DNA of 64,000 nt from the human T2T-CHM13v2.0 reference genome, Homo sapiens. The stretch is from NCBI GenBank assembly GCA_009914755.4, contig CP086569.2:21696001-21760000 (forward strand), given 5' to 3'. Below the pieces are notes generated by a model. The model had not been told where the DNA came from. It ran no database searches and was given only the letters and a program-made list of their open reading frames with translations. The first letter of the stretch is position 1. Each line of letters starts with the position of its first letter. Below are positions 56,638 to 64,000 of the stretch, piece after piece. The position numbers and the translations under genes were made by a program.

Positions 56638-58265
56638 AAGAAATACATTGGTTTGGTCTAGAAAAGTGGGACAACCCAAAGCTCGGGGTGTGAGAGGGAC
56701 TTGCAGACTCTAGGTAAATTTAAACATTTTCTGGTTGATAATTCGATGAGTTTATCCAAAGACCTGGGATTGATAAGTAATATTCAGGTTAAGATAAAAT
56801 GTTGTGGAGACCAAGGTTCTTTTGAAGTCTTATAATGGCTACCCTTAGAGAGAATAGATGACAAATGTTTTCTATTCGGACCTTAGAAAAGTACTAGACA
56901 CTTAATTCATCTCTTCAGAATTGGGAGGGCCTGGAAGAAAAAGATATACCTATATTAATGTTCTTTACAGATGCAAATTTACCCCCACAAAGGACAGGGT
57001 TGCAAGGCCATTTTAAAATATGGGAAAGAAACATGTTTTGGGGTAAACCATTTTTACTTTCTTCTTTGTCACATAGTGTTATGCCGGAATCAGATCGGAA
57101 AGTAAGTCATGATATATAAGCTTAAATAAAAGCCATCTGATGAGAATTTGTGGTTTGTAGGGCATGAATCCCCAGACCTTTTAGATAGTAATTTGGGCAA
57201 GATTAAAAATTGGAGCTTAGTTCTCAGACCCACTCTTGGTGAAACGCATTATGTAGAATACATGTGCAGGCCAACACACAGCAGCAGGTCTCAGGCCATT
57301 TAGGAAGGCTCATTCCTAGAGTTGTCTAATTTGGCTATCTGTCAAGTTCCCAGGGTGCTAGGAAGTCTTATTTCTAACGTTCTCTGCTTTGATGGTAATA
57401 GTTTTAAACATTAGTGATTTGGATCATGGTGGGAGGACATGGTTTGATCCAATGCAATAGCCAATTATTTAAGGAGTGAGATGAAATCAATCCTATAGTT
57501 TAGTAAAAAAAAAAAAAAAAATTCAGATCAGATCTATTTTGTGAGCTATCATGATCTGGGTCTTTAACTGTGCCTTTTTCTTTTGCTGTATCTGGCATCA
57601 CACTTACAGGATATGAATAATGCTAATATAGTAACAAATATTATAAAGATAGGGAAGATTAGGAATCCAAAAAGTTTATATGTAGAATCAGTGGCAGTAA
57701 ACAAGTGAACTAGTCAGACAAAAACCCTGTATGAATTATCATTATATGATATGCATATTCTTTGATCAGTCTCACAATATGTTTACCTGCTTTACCAAGC
57801 ATTATGTGACCTTATGATAACTCTTATTTGAGGGTTGTAGAACTAACATTAAATCAGAATCCAAGAAATTTAGTCTCTATTCTGACCAATTTATCTCCAC
57901 ACATGTATAAAATCCCAAGGAGGGTATAAATCTGAATGCAAGGAATGCAGAGTCCTCAGTGCCTAAATTGTTATAGGACTTGTTAAAAGTGGAGGAAACC
58001 ATTGTTCCCACCACTTTTATATTGCACCATGTACTGGTATTTGGGAGAGAAGAGGAGGCTCAGTTACAAGAGAAGTCATATAATTCTATAGTGCATTTTT
58101 TTTTCCCTCAGTGGGACTCCCTATGGCAGAGGACCTTAATAATCAAAACATTTATAGCCAATTAATTTTTTAAAAACATATAGGAATGGATATGGATGAG
58201 CATTCATTTCTTCTGAAATGAATTTTTATTTAAGGAAAAAATAGCCAACAACAAAACCAAAATGC

Positions 58266-58545
58266 AGGCTGAGTAGAGTGGCTCACACCTGTAATCCTAG
58301 CACTTTGGGATGCCAAGGCAGGTGATCAATTGAGGTCTAGAGTTTGAGAGCAGGCAGCCAACATGGTGAAACCTCACCTCTATTAAAAATAAATAAAACT
58401 AGATGGGTGAGGTGGTGAGTGACTGTAATCCAAGATAATCAGAAGGCTGAGGCAGAATAATCCTTTAAACCTGGGAGCCAGAAGTTGCAGTGAGCCGAGA
58501 TCACACCATTGCATTCCAGCTGGGGTGACAGAGCAAGACTGTCTG

Positions 58546-58578
<33 letters not shown>

Positions 58579-58587
58579 CAAAGTTGC
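58266..58587 (+). mobile_element. Alu (older AluJ/S-like) with an A34 tail
   Basis: ggctgagtagagtggctcacacctgtaatcctagcactttgggatgccaaggcaggtgatcaattgaggtctagagtttgagagc...ctgtctgaaaaaaaa.... Confidence 0.85.
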
Positions 58588-60312
58588 AAGACTAAATCAT
58601 TTTCAACTTCTATGGGTTGGACTACTGTAAGCTTGGTTTCTGTTACAGACTTATAGCAATAAGCTATAAAAACTTAAGCATGTTCTGAAAAACAATTAAA
58701 AATAGTTGTATAGATAGATATATTTATCTTCACAACCTGTAATTGAACATATTATACCCAGGAGACTTTGTTACAAGGTATTTTTATCTTGTTAGTAAAT
58801 ACTTTTCTTTATTTCTGTAGTAAAGAGAAAATGTTTATGGTTGGAGTGGATGCAAAGTAATACATGAATTTAGAAGGAAACTAAACTTGTTTTGCCAGCT
58901 GTTTGGCCCTTTTTGTACCCCATTCTCAATTTGGAGAGTTTGACCTTGACCTAATTTGATTTCTCAAAACCAGCCCTTATAATCTCACCTGCCTACCTCC
59001 TCCATGATGGTCTCTGGGCCTAAAGGCAGGCAGCTTGTATAGTTCTGGCAGCAGAGGCATTAGCAGTGAAACACATGCAGGCCCAGTGGGATGTCAAATG
59101 AGGAATACTCATATCTTTGTTCTTTAGAACACCATGATTTTGATTTCCTTGGAAGTAAAACAAAAAGAGATAAATAACATTTATATTTGAACAATTACAA
59201 GGGTAATTCATATGTCAGAACAACAACAAAAAGGAACCTGTTCTATTAGTGAACCAACTAAAAATATGAGAAAAAAATGATAATGTGGTACATCCTAGAG
59301 GACTATTGTAGCCAATAAATAATAATTTAATCTGCACTCAAAAAAGTCAGGGCTGAAATCTAATATTAGGTATTATGCTTTTTCTTTGAAACAATTTCTT
59401 TAGCTGCTTTTTTTTTATTAAAGATAAAATTATAGCAAGGCCAATTTGTATGCAAGGTGAATTTCAGGCTTATTATGCTTGCCTGATTGTTTGCATAAAA
59501 TGCAGCAATAATTCATCGGCCATATAGACTTCTTTTTAAAGTTGGCTTCACTGGAACTTTACATAAAAATAGGCCATTTTAGTTTAAGTCTTGGTAAAAT
59601 AACAAGGGTCTCAATGTTTTTAACTGTTACTGAAATAATGCAGACAACTATACTTTCATAAAATTACAATCTGAATTTTGAGAACTCAAAAGGTAAATTT
59701 GCTTACAAAGACATAGTTTACCCAAATAACTTAAAAGAAAATGATTTTCTTCACCCTTCTTTAACCAGAGCAGCAGCTTTTAAAACAAGATGTTTGTTTA
59801 CCTTAGAAATGCCATATACAAACTGAACAGGTCATCAGAGATGTTAGGCACTGTAGAATTTTGTTGCTTCTCACAGTTAGTCTTAGGAAAGAGGCCTAGG
59901 TAGAAAGATTTTATATAAACCATTTTCATTTTATTGTAAACCTTTTGGGAAACTTTGTTTGCATTAGCATAGGGTTAGGTTCAGTTAATATTTTATAGCA
60001 AGGCTGTAAATGCCACATGAAGTAGAAATAATCTAGTTCAGTTTTTGTTATTGAAAGGTATTCATAGTTTTTGCCAGCAGCCCTGAAAAAAGCTTCAGAT
60101 AAAGGGCTATGCAATGGAGGATAATCCAACTAGCACTTCAGCTTTTATCCTCTATTTTGTGGGCTTAGGTAATTTACCAGTTCCCATTTAGCATGAGCAA
60201 TTAACATTTCATAAAAGAAATTCATATACCTTCAGTTTAATAGTACTAGACAGGCGAAACATCCCCCAGTTAGATATAGTACCCATTTTCATAAGACTTT
60301 TAGGTAAAGGAG

Positions 60313-60660
60313 TCATATAGTTTGGCTGTCTCCCCACTAAATCTCAACTTTAATTGAATGTCTCAGAATTCCCATGTGTTGTGGGAGAGACCAAAGGGGA
60401 GCTAACTGAATCAAGAGGACTTCTTTTTCCCATGATATTCTTGTAATAATAAGTATATCTCATGAGATCTGATGGGTTTATCAGGGGTTTCCACTTTCTT
60501 CTTCCTCATTTACTCACTGCCACCATGTAAGAAGTGCCTTTTGCCTCCTGCATTGATTCTGACACTTCCTCATCCACATGGAACTGTAAGTTAAATTAAA
60601 ACTCTTTTTCTTCCCAGTCCCAGGTATATCTTTATCAGCAACATGAAAACAGATTAATGA
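60313..60660 (+). mobile_element. Solo LTR of the ERVL-MaLR group (MST/THE1-like)
   Basis: Colinear with the THE1 consensus: tcatatagtttggctgtctccccactaaatctcaactttaattg...ttcccatgtgttgtgggagagacc...ctcatgagatctgatgggtttatcagggg...gccaccatgtaagaagtgcc...catccacatggaactgtaagttaaattaaaactc...ccaggtatatctttatcagcaacatgaaaacagattaatga. Confidence 0.75.
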
Positions 60661-61364
60661 AAGTAGTTACAAACACCTTATATAAAACTTGTTTAAACAC
60701 CTTAAATTATGTAATTCTATTACAGTATACTTTTTTATGTTCTGGTTTCAGGAACCCTTTTTAGGAGACTGTTTTAACTTTTCTGGTGAAAGAGGTTTTG
60801 GTTCACAACAGGGAGTTGCGTCTGTAGGACCTGTGAGGGACAGCAAATTTGATAAAGCTTCTTAAACACTCCTGTGATTCTGAGGGAAAGATACCAATGT
60901 AAAAGTGGCCCCCTTAACCTGAAATTTACCATGACCTTCACAATAAGAATATCTGGTGAAAGGATATCCAAGTTATCATAAAGCTAGTCCAACGTGGCTT
61001 GCGTAAGAAGCATATTAACTGCTTTGTCTGGGGTGGTCCACTTTGTATTTTATACAGAGTTGTACAGTTCCCTTATGAGGTCAAACAAACCTTACAATGG
61101 CATTATGTGACCCACTAGGCTGATTGCTTTCTCAGGAATAAGCCCCTGTGAATTTTTAACACATATACTTACTGATTGTTCATTAATAAGCTGTGGTTCC
61201 TGCCTTAATCCAAACAAGCGCTTTAATTCTATAGCATTTTCAATTAAAAATTTTGTCTTTTAAGTGGTTATTTTTATCATCCCCTATAGTAAAAATTTTT
61301 TAAAGAAGCTGAATGATTCCAGTCTATAAAATGAAATAATTACTTTACATTACACCCCCTAGCT

Positions 61365-61689
61365 TTTTATTTTTATTTTTATTTTTTTATTTTTTATTTT
61401 TTTATTTTTTGAGATGGTGTCTAGTTCTGTAGCCAGGCTAGCGTGCAGTGGCATATCTCAGCTCACTGTAACCTCTGCTTCCCACGTTTAAGTGATTCTA
61501 CTGCCTCAGCCTCCCAAGTTGCTGGGATGACAGGCACACACTGCCATTCCCACCTAACTTTGGTATTTTTAGTAGAGAGGGAGTTTCACCATATTGGCCA
61601 ACATGTTCTTGATCTCCTGATCTTGTGATAGGCCCATCTTGGCCTCCCAAAGTTCTGGGATTACAGGCATGAGTCGCTATGCCTAGCCC
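61365..61689 (-). mobile_element. Alu (AluJ/old AluS-like) with a (TTTTTA)n tail
   Basis: (ttttta)n, then gagatggtgtctagttctgtagccaggctagcgtgcagtggcatatctcagctcactgtaacctctgcttcccacgtttaagtgattctactgcctcagcctcc... in antisense. Confidence 0.85.
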
Positions 61690-62532
61690 ACCCTGTGGCT
61701 TTTAATGGTTACTTAGTTTTACCCTTCCCCCTACTATTTTTTTGGTAAACACGGGGGCTCAGAGTTATTAAAAAATCCACTCATTTTTTCTGTATAATTT
61801 CCTTCATATAAAGCATCACAAATAGTTTCTTAACAAACACAATTCTGTGTTTTATAAAATTCTAGAAAAAAGCGTATTTTATGCTCCTACTATTTTAACT
61901 TTCTAGTAACCTTTCCAGTCATGGGGGATCTCAAGGGTTTAACATGACTTTAAGAATTTAAACTACTAGAAAATTTTGAGATGAAATTTACAAAGATTAA
62001 CAAGACCATGTTAATTAATAGCTTCTACCAATCTGATAGGCATTTACTTTTGTTTAAAGATGCTTGATTAAAGCTCTTTCACATAGTTTGGTAGTGAAGT
62101 ATCACTTCCACATGACACATAAAGATAGAGATATAACAGGGATGTAGAATTAAAAGACAGGTCAAAAAGCTATTTTATTTGCCTGCTTTCAAAAAAAATC
62201 TTTCACTTTAGATAATTAATAATAGCTACATGAGCCCACAATAGGTGAAGGAGAGAGCAATTATTCAAGTCCTTTTCAAAACAGAAAAAGGTGAACTTCT
62301 GAGATATCAATCTGAAGAATATTAAAGATACAGACTATAGAGTATTAAAATATAAAAATCTTGCATTAAGTCAAATATTTTAATAAAATCTGGTTTTAAC
62401 TAATTTTTTCATTTCGTATTAGTGTACTTTTATTTTTTAGTATTAAAGGCCCATCTCTAGAAATAACTATTTCACTTTCTTCTTAATCATGGCCAACTAA
62501 ATTATACAACACCCTTAAAAACACCTTTTACT

Positions 62533-62846
<314 letters not shown>

Positions 62847-63296
62847 TTTTTACTAACCTTATTGCAACTTACATAGACCATTCACAATGTGCTTAGAACT
62901 GATGTTCTCTTAAATAACCCTCTTTCCTGGGCAACCAATTCATTTTATTTTAAAACAAAAATTCACTACACAAGATTTTTTTAATATAACACAACTTTTA
63001 TTTTTACCTTCTTCAACAAAACTCCTCCATATATTTATAACTCATCCACATATTTATATCTCTTATTTTCTGATTAATTACATGTCCTATATATAATTTA
63101 AATATACCTTGAGTTAGACAGAGATATTTTACCTTTAATAAGAACACTTTAAAAAAGTGTTTTTCTATAATTTTATACTGGAAATTATCCAGATACATAA
63201 TATCAAATAATAGCCTTTGATCCTAAATTATGACAAGTTTGTTTATAGCATTTAGTTTTTTACATTTGTTATAGGAGTTACTAAGCAATTATTTTA

Positions 63297-63608
63297 GGCT
63301 GGGTATGATGGTTCAGGTCTGTAATCCCAGCATTCTGAGACGCTTTGGTGGGTGGATCACCTGATGAAAGGAGTGTGAGATCAGCCTGGCCAACATGGTG
63401 AAACCCCATCTCTACTAAAAATACAAAAAATTAGCCATGCATGGTTGTGGGTGCCTGTAATCCCAGCTACCTGGGAGCCTGAGGCAGGAGAATTACTTGA
63501 GCCCATGAGGCAGAGGTTGCAGTGAACCATAACCTTGCCATGCGTTCCTGACTGGACAAGAGTGAGACTGCATCTCAAAAAATAATAATAATAAAATAAA
63601 AAAAAAAG
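63297..63608 (+). mobile_element. Alu (AluS-like)
   Basis: ggctgggtatgatggttcaggtctgtaatcccagcattctgagacgctttggtgggtggatcacctgatgaaaggagtgtgagatcagcctggccaacatggtgaaacccc... with an (aat)n/A tail. Confidence 0.9.
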
Positions 63609-64000
63609 AGGAATAAGAAGAAATTATTTTAGGCAGATAGAGAGGAAAAGGAGTCCTTGGGTACTTTTTGTTCCTTTTAAAGCAGCTCCAGAAGTGTTTC
63701 TTGTCTAGCTGCAAAGCCCAGGCTCTTAGAGCCAGGCAAGTAAGTTTTGATAAGCAGATGCTGGCCATTAGAAACTGGGTCCATCCAAACATGCTGACTC
63801 CTGCTGTCTTCTCTTTGGCCTTGCCCCAACATATGCCTGGCAACATAGTGGCCACCATACATACCCACGTCAGTAGAACACCTTGGTGCCCTGCATTTCC
63901 ATACTAAAAGGTTAGAGAGTGAGGGACTGTTTTTTTGCAGGCTACGTGAAAGACATGCCTGGTCAAAACAATCCCCGGAGCCCTATGGAAATCAGACACC

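Overview
This window reads as primate (human-like) nuclear DNA. It is AT-rich and gene-poor, and I could not support any intact protein-coding gene. Every long ORF in the six-frame track is either a decayed LINE-1 ORF1/ORF2 reading frame or its antisense, an Alu read-through, or a GAPDH pseudogene fragment. Interspersed repeats cover roughly 75–80% of the window. They form a nested pile of LINE-1 elements: several full-length but ORF-disrupted L1PA copies on the minus strand, inserted into older L1M/L1PB copies, plus about 18 Alu insertions, two solo ERVL-MaLR LTRs and a few microsatellites. Repeat-free stretches are about 9.0–10.7 kb, 11.0–11.7 kb, 37.4–40.1 kb, 47.5–49.5 kb, 51.1–52.9 kb and most of 56.6–64 kb apart from Alus and one LTR. 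I see no CRISPR, rRNA or tRNA signal and nothing prokaryotic. Six observations seem worth a second look. (1) A ~617-bp CpG-island-like insert with an AATAAA signal and an A10 tail sits inside an L1PA ORF2, and I cannot assign it to any repeat family. (2) A diverged processed GAPDH pseudogene lies inside an L1M. (3) A young L1 shows textbook twin-priming structure: an inverted RT-domain piece joined to a direct 3' piece, flanked by perfect 11-bp TSDs. (4) One L1 carries a 309-bp tandem duplication across the ORF1/ORF2 junction. (5) One L1 has both ends intact but lacks about 2.5 kb internally. (6) One L1 has a 623-bp ORF1/5'UTR-junction fragment transplanted into its own ORF2. All subfamily names are by-eye judgements and should be confirmed with RepeatMasker/Dfam.
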